DNA of 16,344 bases, from contig CAYJKO010000005.1 in NCBI GenBank assembly GCA_964371145.1, positions 36,909 to 53,252 on the forward strand. The letters run 5' to 3'. Below are positions 1 through 9,518 of this stretch, piece after piece. The position numbers and the translations under genes were made by a program. Every line of letters starts with the position of its first letter. Position 1 is the first letter of the stretch. The notes under the pieces are model-generated. The model worked only from the letters and a program-made list of their open reading frames with translations, had not been told where the DNA came from and searched no databases. Source of the DNA: an uncultured Muribaculaceae bacterium. Lineage in GTDB: Bacteria > Pseudomonadota > Alphaproteobacteria > Rs-D84.

Positions 1-28
1 TTTTTTATTAGAGATAATATAAACAAAA

Positions 29-45
29 ACCGGCAAAATGCCGGT
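29..45 (-). terminator. Intrinsic terminator hairpin downstream of accC (bidirectional architecture)
   Basis: Perfect 7-bp stem ACCGGCA / TGCCGGT with a 3-nt loop (aaa), 6 nt beyond the accC stop codon (52-54). An A-run on the left and CTTTT on the right give a U-tract on either strand. Confidence 0.7.
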
Positions 46-51
46 CTTTTA

Positions 52-1410
52 TTATTTGTTTTTCTTTTCAGATTCCAAAAATGTTTCCAACCAATGATTG
101 TCAAAAGCTAATTTTTTAACGTCACTGTTTTTTAACAATTTTTGTTGCAAAGCAATTGTTGTATTAATTCCTTCGATTACGAATTCATCCAAAGAACGTT
201 GAGCGCGCATAATGCAAGCCGCACGATTTGGAGCATACACAATCAATTTTGCAATCATAGAATCGTATGTTGGTGGAATTGTATAACCTGTATACACGGC
301 CGAATCAACACGAACACCCAATCCGCCAGGTGCAGAATATTGGGTAATTTTTCCAGGGTTCGGAACAAATGTTTCCGGGTCTTCTGCATTAATACGGAAT
401 TCAATAGCGTGACCATTTGGTGTCAAATCAGATTGTTTGTAACCCAAAGGTTCGCCATCTGCAATACGAATTTGTTCTCGTACCAAATCAACGCCGTATA
501 CCATTTCGGTTACGGGATGTTCTACTTGTAATCTGGTGTTCATTTCCAAGAAATAAAATTTACCATCTTCGAACATAAATTCAAAAGTACCTGCATTTGT
601 ATAGCCCATTTTTGTTGCAGCGACGCGGCAAACTTCGATCATATCTTCACGTTCTTTTGGGTTTAAAATGGCGGCTGGACATTCTTCCATAACTTTTTGG
701 TTTTTGCGTTGCAAAGAACAATCGCGTTCTCCGAAAATAACAACGTTGCCGTGTTGGTCGCCCAAAACTTGGAATTCAATATGACGTGGGTGTAATAATA
801 ATTTTTCCATATACAAAGTGTCATCTCCGAAACCGGATCTGGCTTCGTTCTTTGTCATTTGGAATAATTCTGGCAATTGTTCCGCGTTTAATACGGGACG
901 AATACCTTTACCACCACCGCCAGCGGCAGCTTTTAACATAACCGGATATCCAATTTTTTCAGCCCAAGCAATCGCGTCTTCTAATGTGTCGACCGCGCCA
1001 TCTGAACCTGGTACAGTTGGCAAACCACATTCTTGTGCGGTTTTAATTGCGTTAACTTTGTTTCCCATTTTTGTAATCATAGCAGCCGTTGGCCCAACCC
1101 AGATTAATCCGTGTTGTTCAACTTTTTCAACAAAATCTGCGCGTTCGGATAAAAATCCATATCCAGGGTGGATTGCGTCTGAATTTGTTAATAATGCCGC
1201 TGTTAAAATGGCTGATTCATTTAAATAAGAATCTTTTGATGGACCTGGTCCAACGCAAACAGATTCGTCTGCGATATGAACGTGAGTCGCGTTTTTATCA
1301 ACTGTTGAATGTACAGCAACAGTTCTGATTCCCATATCACGGCACGCACGTATAATACGTAATGCGATTTCTCCGCGATTGGCAACTAATACTTTTTTGA
1401 TTTTTTGCAT
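52..1410 (-). CDS. accC: Acetyl-CoA carboxylase, biotin carboxylase subunit (452 aa from ATG at 1410)
   Basis: N-terminus MQKIKKVLVANRGEIALRIIRA, ATP-grasp glycine loop KAAAGGGGKGI and EMNTRLQVEHPVTE are diagnostic. It sits immediately downstream of accB. The track ORF (to 1455) adds 15 hydrophobic residues not expected in this family. Confidence 0.95.
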   Translation of the reverse strand: MQKIKKVLVANRGEIALRIIRACRDMGIRTVAVHSTVDKNATHVHIADESVCVGPGPSKDSYLNESAILTAALLTNSDAIHPGYGFLSERADFVEKVEQHGLIWVGPTAAMITKMGNKVNAIKTAQECGLPTVPGSDGAVDTLEDAIAWAEKIGYPVMLKAAAGGGGKGIRPVLNAEQLPELFQMTKNEARSGFGDDTLYMEKLLLHPRHIEFQVLGDQHGNVVIFGERDCSLQRKNQKVMEECPAAILNPKEREDMIEVCRVAATKMGYTNAGTFEFMFEDGKFYFLEMNTRLQVEHPVTEMVYGVDLVREQIRIADGEPLGYKQSDLTPNGHAIEFRINAEDPETFVPNPGKITQYSAPGGLGVRVDSAVYTGYTIPPTYDSMIAKLIVYAPNRAACIMRAQRSLDEFVIEGINTTIALQQKLLKNSDVKKLAFDNHWLETFLESEKKNK

Positions 1411-1479
1411 TTGTAATAAAAGCGACAAAAAATAAAAACAACTGAATGCTTTCATCTTTTATCGCAATCCTCCGAAAAA

Positions 1480-1944
1480 TTATTCAATAATAATCAATGG
1501 TTGATCAAATTCAACAGCAGCGCCGTCTTTGATCAAGATTTCTTTAACCATACCATCGCGGTCTGCTTTGATTGGATTAAATGTTTTCATAGCTTCGATT
1601 AAAACAACTGTGTCGCCTGCTTTGATAGTTGCGCCAACTTCTGTAAATGTTTTTGCGCCCGGTTCTGGTGACAAATATGCAACGCCAACCATAGGTGATT
1701 TCAAAGCTGTTCCAGAAGAAGTTTTTGGTGCTTCGGCTGCGACAGGAGCTGTTTCTGCGATTGTTTGTTTAGACTCTGTTGCGACAGGAAAATTTGGCAT
1801 AGCTGTGGCGACAGTTTGTTGTTTAGACAAACGAATTTGTTTACGGTAAACGCCGAACAAAAATTGGCGTTCTAGATTTAATTCTGTTATTCCCATTTCG
1901 GCCATCATTTTTGACATGGATTCAACGGTTGAACGAAAAGACAT
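1480..1944 (-). CDS. accB: Biotin carboxyl carrier protein of acetyl-CoA carboxylase (154 aa from ATG at 1944)
   Basis: C-terminal biotinyl domain with the EAMK biotinylation motif (VVLIEAMKTFNPIKADRDG) and an Ala/Pro-rich linker (APVAAEAPK). SD-like aaagg lies about 10 nt upstream of ATG 1944. The longer track ORF begins at a TTG that is part of the predicted -35 box. Confidence 0.9.
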   Translation of the reverse strand: MSFRSTVESMSKMMAEMGITELNLERQFLFGVYRKQIRLSKQQTVATAMPNFPVATESKQTIAETAPVAAEAPKTSSGTALKSPMVGVAYLSPEPGAKTFTEVGATIKAGDTVVLIEAMKTFNPIKADRDGMVKEILIKDGAAVEFDQPLIIIE

Positions 1945-2003
1945 TATATATACCTTTGTTAAGTTAAACGGTTGCATTTCGGTTTTGCCGATTTGCAGAA
2001 TTG

Positions 2004-2031
2004 ATTCTACCACATCAAAGCGATATGTCAA
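2004..2031 (-). promoter_or_regulatory. Predicted sigma70-type promoter for accBC
   Basis: Minus strand reads TTGACA (2031->2026), a 16-nt spacer, then TGgTAGAAT (extended -10; hexamer 2009->2004). The -35 box contains the yidD TGA stop. The predicted TSS lies about 50 nt upstream of the accB ATG. Confidence 0.55.
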
Positions 2032-2246
2032 GGAACAGGGTCAAATCCAAAATTTCCCCACGGATTACAACGACTTATTCTGCGCAATCCCAAAATGGTG
2101 CCGCGAATAAATCCATATTTTTCGATTGCTTGCTTTGTATATTCGCTGCATGTTGGGGTAAAACGGCACGTTGCACGCCCGCCCGTAATTGGCGAAATTG
2201 CCAATTGGTATAATTTAATTAATAAAATAGCCGGCTTTTTAAGCAT
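2028..2246 (-). CDS. yidD: Membrane protein insertion efficiency factor YidD (72 aa)
   Basis: Small protein with the conserved Cys pattern [10 protein letters not shown]...RCNPWG. Its ATG overlaps the rnpA stop (8-bp overlap, ATGCTTAA). Confidence 0.9.
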   Translation of the reverse strand: MLKKPAILLIKLYQLAISPITGGRATCRFTPTCSEYTKQAIEKYGFIRGTILGLRRISRCNPWGNFGFDPVP

Positions 2247-2571
2247 TTTTATTTAACTTTTCAATCGCGTCTTTCATTTGATTAACGGCGTCTGTAAAGG
2301 ATGCGTCCAATATTTCGCGACGCGCAATAAATATGTAATCTAATTCAGGTAACAAAAATTCTTCATTTAATCGCAACCAAACACGTAACAATCGTTTTGC
2401 GCGATTGCGTTGTACGGCGCGCTTCATGCTTTTTTTTGTGACGATAAACCCATATCTGGCGTCATTGGGAAAAAGCGTTTTGCCGGCCTTTGCGATAAAA
2501 AATTTTGTCTTAACGAAATCGCTTTCTCTGTGGGCTGCGAAATTGCTATGTTTTTTAAAAATGTTTCTCAT
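2239..2571 (-). CDS. rnpA: Ribonuclease P protein component (110 aa from first ATG at 2571)
   Basis: Basic RNR-type motif [14 protein letters not shown], matching size and position upstream of yidD. The track start at 2592 is a TTG that overlaps the predicted -10 box. Confidence 0.85.
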   Translation of the reverse strand: MRNIFKKHSNFAAHRESDFVKTKFFIAKAGKTLFPNDARYGFIVTKKSMKRAVQRNRAKRLLRVWLRLNEEFLLPELDYIFIARREILDASFTDAVNQMKDAIEKLNKNA

Positions 2572-2578
2572 AACAAAA

Positions 2579-2606
2579 ATAATAGCATACAAATCGAATT
2601 TTCCAA
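2579..2606 (-). promoter_or_regulatory. Predicted promoter for rnpA-yidD
   Basis: Minus strand reads TTGGAA (2606->2601), a 16-nt spacer, then TATTAT (2584->2579). Only 7 nt (ttttgtt) follow before ATG 2571, and there is no SD. Confidence 0.4.
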
Positions 2607-2627
2607 GAAAAATATGTATTTATATGC

Positions 2628-2656
2628 TTGCTTTTTTTTACGTTAAGTTTTATATT
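2628..2656 (+). promoter_or_regulatory. Candidate promoter for mreB
   Basis: TTGCTT (2628-2633), a 17-nt spacer, then TATATT (2651-2656), inside the AT-rich divergent rnpA/mreB spacer. Other hexamer pairings are possible. Confidence 0.3.
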
Positions 2657-2693
2657 TATTTTGATTTTAAAATATATTACTTACAAATTTTGA

Positions 2694-3755
<1,062 letters not shown>

Positions 3756-3763
3756 AAAAAATA

Positions 3764-3787
3764 AACCGGTTAAATACCGGTTTTTTT
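3764..3787 (+). terminator. Intrinsic terminator after mreB
   Basis: AACCGGT-taaat-ACCGGTT 7-bp stem followed by a T-run to 3787. It begins 9 nt after the mreB stop. Confidence 0.75.
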
Positions 3788-3796
3788 AATCTTTTA

Positions 3797-3825
3797 TTGA
3801 TTTCGTTAAAAATGTTTAGTATCTT
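3797..3825 (+). promoter_or_regulatory. Candidate promoter for xseB-mutS-truB-rpsO
   Basis: TTGATT (3797-3802), a 17-nt spacer, then TATCTT (3820-3825), about 30 nt upstream of the xseB ATG. This is a weak -10. Confidence 0.3.
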
Positions 3826-3856
3826 AAATATCATAAATAAAAAAAGGAATTAAATT

Positions 3857-4048
3857 ATGGATACAGAAAAATTGCCGTTCGAAGAAGCGTATAAACAATT
3901 AATGGAAATTGTAAAAAAAATGGAATCGGGCGAATTGTCTTTGAAAGATTCTGTTGCCGCGTATGAAAAAGGCGTTAAATTAAAAGCTTATTGTGAACAG
4001 ATTTTAAAAGAAGCCGAATTAAAAATTTCCACAATCGCAGGCGAATAA
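3857..4048 (+). CDS. xseB: Exodeoxyribonuclease VII small subunit (63 aa)
   Basis: Size and helical-hairpin sequence FEEAYKQLMEIVKKMESGELSLKDSVAAYEKGVKL match the XseB family. SD aagga lies 8 nt upstream. Confidence 0.85.
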   Translation: MDTEKLPFEEAYKQLMEIVKKMESGELSLKDSVAAYEKGVKLKAYCEQILKEAELKISTIAGE

Positions 4049-4073
4049 TTATCAAATCCAAAGGTTTAAAAAA

Positions 4074-6623
4074 ATGAGTAAAAAATTAACACCGGTTATG
4101 CAACAATATGTGGATTTGAAACAAGAAAATCCAGATGCTTTATTATTGTTACGATTGGGTGATTTTTACGAAGTTTTTTTCGAAGATGCAAAAATCGTCA
4201 GTCGCGTTTTGGGTATAGTTTTAACCAAACGTGGATTGGACGAAGATGGTGCGGATATTCCAATGTGCGGTTTGCCGTGGCATGCTGCTGAAAATTATTT
4301 CGGACGTTTGGTGCGTGCGGGTTACAGTATCGCGTTGGTTGAACAAATGGAAACTCCGGCCCAGGCCAAAGCCGCAGGGCGAAAAAATTTAAACCGCGAA
4401 GTTGTACGTGTATTAACGCCCGGTACAATTACTGATGATAATTTATTGACCCCAAAAAAATCGAATTTTTTGGTGTCTGTTGCAAAATGTGCAAATGGAT
4501 TTGATATTGCAGGTTGTGATATTTCAACCGGTGAATTTTTCATCGGAAAATCAAATGATGTGTTCGACGACATTGTTCGTATAAATCCGGCCGAAATTAT
4601 TTATCCCGAAAAATTAGCAGAAGATGCAGACGTTTTAAAATTGCGTGATGCTTTTAAAACAACCCCTGTCTATGAACGATTGTATTACCGCAGCGATGCA
4701 AAAGAAATCGTGTCAAAAATATTCGGACAAACATCCGATTGGATTAAAATCGCGGGGTCAGATAATGCGTCTTTTGATGACAATGCGATTGCTTTGATGG
4801 CAGGATATTTATTTAATACTCAACGTGGTGCAAATATAGTTTTCCGAACCCCTTATGATTTTAAATCTGGCAAACAATTATTAATAGATTCTGCGACTTG
4901 GAAAAGTTTAGAAATAGATTCTGCAATAAACGAAAACGGCAAATGTTTGATGGATGTTTTGGATAAAACAAAAACGTCCGCAGGTGCGCGAAAATTGAAT
5001 TCTTATTTGCGTTGTTTGTCTGCGGACATCGATGAAATCAAAAAAAGACAGGGACATATTTCGCATTTGGTTTTGAATAAAAATTTAATTCATTCTTTAA
5101 CAGACGCTTTTGCAAATGTTCCAGATGTCGGCAGATGTTTGTCTCGATTGTCTTCTTCTCGTGCCACCCCGCGCGATTTAAAAAATGTTTGTGATTTTAT
5201 ATGTGGGTTGGATAATTTTAAATTAATCGGACAAAATCTGGATAAAGATTTGGCAGAAAAATACGCAAATATAAAATCTAATTCGTCGGTCGGATTACGT
5301 TTAAAATCTGCTTTGGCGGATGAATTGCCAACTTTTTTCCGAGACGGTAATGTGATACGCGATGGTTTTGATTTGTCTTTGGATAAAATAAAAGAATTGG
5401 CAAACGGCGCACGAGATACTATTGCGGGATTACAAACAAAATACGCATCAGAATCTGGCATTTCGACTTTGAAAATTAAATACAATAACATATTGGGATA
5501 TTTTATAGAAGTCCCAAGCGCGCGTTCAGATTATTTAATGAAACCGGAATCTGGATTTATACATCGTCAAACTATGGCTGGAAATATGCGTTTCACAACG
5601 TCTGCATTAATTGATTTAGATAACGAAGTTCGCAGCGCCGCAGAAAAAGTGCGCGGTATCGAAGATAAAATAATAGAAGATTTAATTGATGAAATAACTG
5701 GCATTTCGTCCGATTTAATGGATGCTGTCGATTTAATATCTGATACAGATGTTTGGGTCTCGCTGGCTAATTGTGCTATTCAATATTCTTGGGTTCGTCC
5801 CGATATGTCAAATGACACGTCATTCGATGTGACGGGTGCCCGCCACCCGGTCATAGAATATGTGTTGCAAAAATCTGGTAACAGATTTGTTCAAAATGAT
5901 TGCATGTTAAATGATAAAAAAATTGCATTATTAACAGGACCAAATATGGCGGGAAAATCTACGTACCTGCGCCAAAATGCTTTGTTGGTGGTATTAAGTC
6001 ATTTGGGGTCTTTCGTCCCGGCAGATTCTGCAAAAATCGGAATATGCGATCAATTGTTTTCGCGTGTCGGGGCGTCCGACAATTTGGCGGCCGGTCAATC
6101 GACTTTTATGGTTGAAATGAATGAAACGGCAAATATTTTAAATCGTGCAACAAGCGCATCTTTCATCATTTTTGACGAAATTGGTCGCGGAACTGCAACG
6201 TGGGATGGGATGGCTATTGCTCAATCAGTATTAGAATTTCTGGATGATAAATGTCCACGCACTTTATTTGCGACGCATTATCATGAATTAACGGCTTTGG
6301 TTGGCACGGAAAAATTGCGAAATGTTGGTTGTTTAACAATAGATGTGCGTGAACATAATAATGAAATAATATTTATGCATAAAATAATACCGGGTGTTGC
6401 AAATCGTTCATACGGAATACATGTCGCCCAATTGGCGGGTATGCCACAATCGGTTATCGATCGCGCAGAAAATATATTGTCTGATTTGGAAAATAAAAAA
6501 GACGTGCCTGTTTCGGCCGCTGCACCTGCTGTGATTGAAAATGCAACAATTGAAGAAGTCGGTGTTAAACCAAAAATGGCAGAGCCAAATGTTAAAAAAG
6601 TGCAATTAGATTTATTTGGATAA
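4074..6623 (+). CDS. mutS: DNA mismatch repair protein MutS (849 aa)
   Basis: Mismatch-binding N-terminus TPVMQQY..GDFYEVFFEDA, Walker A GPNMAGKST, STFMVEM, Walker B FDEIGRGT, THYHEL. Confidence 0.97.
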   Translation: MSKKLTPVMQQYVDLKQENPDALLLLRLGDFYEVFFEDAKIVSRVLGIVLTKRGLDEDGADIPMCGLPWHAAENYFGRLVRAGYSIALVEQMETPAQAKAAGRKNLNREVVRVLTPGTITDDNLLTPKKSNFLVSVAKCANGFDIAGCDISTGEFFIGKSNDVFDDIVRINPAEIIYPEKLAEDADVLKLRDAFKTTPVYERLYYRSDAKEIVSKIFGQTSDWIKIAGSDNASFDDNAIALMAGYLFNTQRGANIVFRTPYDFKSGKQLLIDSATWKSLEIDSAINENGKCLMDVLDKTKTSAGARKLNSYLRCLSADIDEIKKRQGHISHLVLNKNLIHSLTDAFANVPDVGRCLSRLSSSRATPRDLKNVCDFICGLDNFKLIGQNLDKDLAEKYANIKSNSSVGLRLKSALADELPTFFRDGNVIRDGFDLSLDKIKELANGARDTIAGLQTKYASESGISTLKIKYNNILGYFIEVPSARSDYLMKPESGFIHRQTMAGNMRFTTSALIDLDNEVRSAAEKVRGIEDKIIEDLIDEITGISSDLMDAVDLISDTDVWVSLANCAIQYSWVRPDMSNDTSFDVTGARHPVIEYVLQKSGNRFVQNDCMLNDKKIALLTGPNMAGKSTYLRQNALLVVLSHLGSFVPADSAKIGICDQLFSRVGASDNLAAGQSTFMVEMNETANILNRATSASFIIFDEIGRGTATWDGMAIAQSVLEFLDDKCPRTLFATHYHELTALVGTEKLRNVGCLTIDVREHNNEIIFMHKIIPGVANRSYGIHVAQLAGMPQSVIDRAENILSDLENKKDVPVSAAAPAVIENATIEEVGVKPKMAEPNVKKVQLDLFG

Positions 6624-6627
6624 TATT

Positions 6628-7500
6628 ATGAATGGATGGATTGTTTTAGATAAACCGACAAATTGTAATTCTCGCAAAGCGGGTGCAATTTTGGCAAAGA
6701 TATTTGGCGCCAAAACATTTGGTCATATCGGGACATTGGATCCTATGGCATCTGGTTTATTGCCCATTGCATTGGGGGAAGCCACAAAAATGATTCCTTT
6801 TTGGCAAGCGAATGCACCAAAAGAGTATTTTTTCGACGTAATCTTCGGGTTCGAGACAGATACATTGGATATTACGGGCGACGTCACGCAAAAAAACGAT
6901 AAAATTCCGACAGAACAAGCCGTGAGAGATGCTGTTTCACAAATAAAAGGCGAAATTATGCAGGTTCCGCCGCGTTATTCTGCAATTCATATCAATGGCG
7001 TTCGTGCTCATAAAATGGCGCGCAAAGGAATTGATTTCGATGTGCCGCCCCGCCCCGTTACTATTTTCGAATTAGAATATTTGGGAAAAACAGATAATGC
7101 GCACCATTTCAGAACTTTGTGTTCTGTTGGTACATACGTGCGCAGCATCGGCCGCGATATCGCAAATATATGCGAAACTGTTGGTACGGTGTCTATGATT
7201 TATCGCACCCAGACGAACGGGTTAAATATAAAAAATGCTGTAAAACTTGATTTTTTGGAAAATCTGTATAATAATGGCAAAGATTGCAAAGAATATTTAC
7301 AATCAACGGATTATGGGCTGGGGGACATCCCGGTTTGTAATTTGAATGGTATTGACGCCGATTTTTATAAATCTGGCCGATTTATCAAGGTGTCGCAAGA
7401 TTATCCAATTGGTTTAATTCGTGTTTATTGTGATGAACAATTCACAGGGATTGGATCTTTTGATGGAGAATTATTGCGTCCAAAAAGAACATTAATTTAA
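6628..7500 (+). CDS. truB: tRNA pseudouridine-55 synthase TruB (290 aa from ATG 6628)
   Basis: MNGWIVLDKP start typical of the family, and HIGTLDPMASG with the catalytic Asp. The ATG lies 4 nt after the mutS stop. The track start at 6616 is a TTG overlapping mutS. Confidence 0.9.
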   Translation: MNGWIVLDKPTNCNSRKAGAILAKIFGAKTFGHIGTLDPMASGLLPIALGEATKMIPFWQANAPKEYFFDVIFGFETDTLDITGDVTQKNDKIPTEQAVRDAVSQIKGEIMQVPPRYSAIHINGVRAHKMARKGIDFDVPPRPVTIFELEYLGKTDNAHHFRTLCSVGTYVRSIGRDIANICETVGTVSMIYRTQTNGLNIKNAVKLDFLENLYNNGKDCKEYLQSTDYGLGDIPVCNLNGIDADFYKSGRFIKVSQDYPIGLIRVYCDEQFTGIGSFDGELLRPKRTLI

Positions 7501-7516
7501 ACAAAGGCTAAAAAAG

Positions 7517-7798
7517 ATGATGTCCGTAAAAGAATTAAAATCAAAAAAAGGCGAAATTATCGCTGCATTTAAAACAACAGAAAAAGACAATGGTGGTTCT
7601 GCCGCGGCACAGGTTGCTGTATTAACAGAACGTATCTTGCTTTTGACAGAACATATGAAAGCAAATCATAAAGATAATCATTCTAAACGTGGATTGGTTA
7701 TGTTGGTTAATCGCCGTAAGAAATTATTGGCGTACATCAAAAGAAAAGATGTGTCTGCATATGAAGATTTGATTAAAAAATTAGGTCTGCGTAAATAA
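7517..7798 (+). CDS. rpsO: 30S ribosomal protein S15 (93 aa)
   Basis: GSAAAQVAVLTERILLLTEHMKANHKDNHSKRGLVMLVNRRKKLLAYIK is the canonical S15 sequence pattern. It follows truB as in most bacteria. Confidence 0.95.
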   Translation: MMSVKELKSKKGEIIAAFKTTEKDNGGSAAAQVAVLTERILLLTEHMKANHKDNHSKRGLVMLVNRRKKLLAYIKRKDVSAYEDLIKKLGLRK

Positions 7799-7804
7799 TA
7801 AAAA

Positions 7805-7821
7805 ACCGGCAAATTGCCGGT
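7805..7821. terminator. Bidirectional intrinsic terminator between convergent rpsO and parB
   Basis: ACCGGCA-aat-TGCCGGT stem flanked by an A-run (7799-7804) and a T9 run (7821-7829). It sits between the rpsO stop (7796-7798) and the parB stop (7828-7830). Confidence 0.8.
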
Positions 7822-7827
7822 TTTTTT

Positions 7828-8706
7828 TTAATTCATCAATTTGTCTATTAAATCTTGCATTTGTGTTCGGCTGTGGAAATGAAACACCAATTCCCCTGCT
7901 CCGCTGCGCTTTTCACGCAATTTCACGTTGTAACCAAACTTTTTTTGCAATCCATTTATTATTTCTTTTAATTCTTTGGCTGGCAACTTTTTATGTTGAA
8001 ATGACCGGCTTTTTGTTGATCTGGCAGAATCTTTTACTTTTTTTGCAGTGTCCGCAACAGATAATTTGTTTTCAACAATTTCACGAGCCAATGCAACCGG
8101 GTCTTCTGCAACCGCAATTGTGCGTGCGTGTGATCCTGATATTTCGCCAGATGCCACCAATTCTTGTACAGATTCCGGCAAAGCCGTCATACGCAAGAAA
8201 TTTCTGATATAACTTTCGGATTTTCCAATCAAACGTGAAACATCCGCCAAAGAATATTTACATGCGTCAATCAAGTTTTGGTATGCGAACGCTTCTTCTA
8301 TTGGGTTTAAATTTTCGCGTTGAACATTTTCAATTAATGCAACTTCCATGGAATTTTCATCCGTCATCTCTTTAACCAAGGCTGGGATTTCTTTTAATCC
8401 CGCTTTTACAGATGCGCGGTATCTGCGTTCGCCCGCAACAATCTCATAATTAAAGTCTTTCCCTTTGACATTACGTAATAAAATCGGTTGCAGAACACCT
8501 TTTTCTTTTACGGATGCGGTCAAATCTTCCAATTCTTGTTCTGTAAATGTTTTACGTGGCTGGTTCGGGTTAACGCCAATCATATTTAATGGAATTTGAC
8601 GGACGGCCACGCGTTCATTACCGGTCAAAACGGATATATTTGGCACAACGCCCATTTCCGCTTTTAAATCTGCCAATCCTTTTCCTAATCCAAATTTGTT
8701 TGCCAT
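7828..8706 (-). CDS. parB: Chromosome partitioning protein ParB (292 aa)
   Basis: N-terminal GLGKGLADL, arginine-patch box IVAGERRYRA, and an HTH region. It lies directly downstream of parA, with SD aaagga upstream. Confidence 0.95.
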   Translation of the reverse strand: MANKFGLGKGLADLKAEMGVVPNISVLTGNERVAVRQIPLNMIGVNPNQPRKTFTEQELEDLTASVKEKGVLQPILLRNVKGKDFNYEIVAGERRYRASVKAGLKEIPALVKEMTDENSMEVALIENVQRENLNPIEEAFAYQNLIDACKYSLADVSRLIGKSESYIRNFLRMTALPESVQELVASGEISGSHARTIAVAEDPVALAREIVENKLSVADTAKKVKDSARSTKSRSFQHKKLPAKELKEIINGLQKKFGYNVKLREKRSGAGELVFHFHSRTQMQDLIDKLMN

Positions 8707-8722
8707 AATTTGTATCCTTTTC

Positions 8723-9484
8723 TTATCTTTGTGTTATTTCTGTTGCTACGCGTAAATATGCTTGTGCGCCCGCTGAATTAAAATCATAAAACAAAGCAGG
8801 TTTTCCGTGGGACGGTGCTTCGGCCACGCGAACGTTTCGTGGAATTACGGTTTTGAAAACCAAATCACCAAATGTTTCACGGACGTCAGATTCTACGGCA
8901 CGTGTCAAAGCCTGTCTTTTATCGTACATAGTCAACAGCACGCCCATTATTTTTAAATCAGGGTTCCATTTCTTTTGGATTTCTCCGATTGTATTTCCAA
9001 CCAAATGTTGGATTCCTTCTAATGCGAAAAATTCGCATTGCAATGGGATTATAATATTGTCGGCCGCAGTCAAGGCATTTACAGTCAAATAACCTAATGC
9101 TGGCGGACAATCTATTAATATGTAATCATAATAATCTTTTACGGATTCCAAAGCGTCACGCAAACGATATTCACGATTTTCAACGTCTAATAATTCAGCC
9201 TCGGCGCCTGCCAATTGAGGTCCCGATGGTAAAATATGCATTCCGTCCACGGCTGTGGTTAAAATATTATTAGCCGCAACATCGAACCCCATGATGACCG
9301 GATAAACACTTTGGGTGTGTGATGCGCGAACAAAACCCAATCCTGTGCCGGCATTACCTTGTGAATCCAAATCGATTAATAAAACTTTTTTCTTAATAGC
9401 CGCCAAAGAACAGCCGATGTTTATGGCGGTTGTTGTTTTACCTACCCCGCCCTTTTGATTTGCAAATGCAATGATTTTAGCCAT
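8723..9484 (-). CDS. parA: Chromosome partitioning ATPase ParA/Soj (253 aa)
   Basis: Deviant Walker A NQKGGVGKTTTAINIG, LLIDLDSQGNA, and Walker B ILIDCPP. SD gaagggg upstream. Confidence 0.95.
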   Translation of the reverse strand: MAKIIAFANQKGGVGKTTTAINIGCSLAAIKKKVLLIDLDSQGNAGTGLGFVRASHTQSVYPVIMGFDVAANNILTTAVDGMHILPSGPQLAGAEAELLDVENREYRLRDALESVKDYYDYILIDCPPALGYLTVNALTAADNIIIPLQCEFFALEGIQHLVGNTIGEIQKKWNPDLKIMGVLLTMYDKRQALTRAVESDVRETFGDLVFKTVIPRNVRVAEAPSHGKPALFYDFNSAGAQAYLRVATEITQR

Positions 9485-9518
9485 AATTTACCCCTTCTTT
9501 TTATAATAACAAGGATAA

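Noticed and set aside
1945-2031. Longer accB ORF starting at 2031 ([13 protein letters not shown]...)
   Set aside because: The start is a TTG that forms part of the TTGACA -35 box and overlaps the yidD stop. The extension has no BCCP homology, and ATG 1944 has an SD.
2221-2240. AGCCGGCT palindrome flanked by A and T runs at the rnpA/yidD junction, considered as another member of the terminator hairpin family
   Set aside because: It is an 8-bp palindrome with no loop, so it cannot form a stable hairpin. It lies within the yidD coding sequence of a translationally coupled gene pair.
3913-3920. A8 homopolymer inside xseB (other A7/T8 runs in macA and rnpA) as possible slippage or phase-variation sites
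   Set aside because: The reading frames are intact and encode Lys-Lys in Lys-rich proteins. Such runs are routine in AT-rich genomes.
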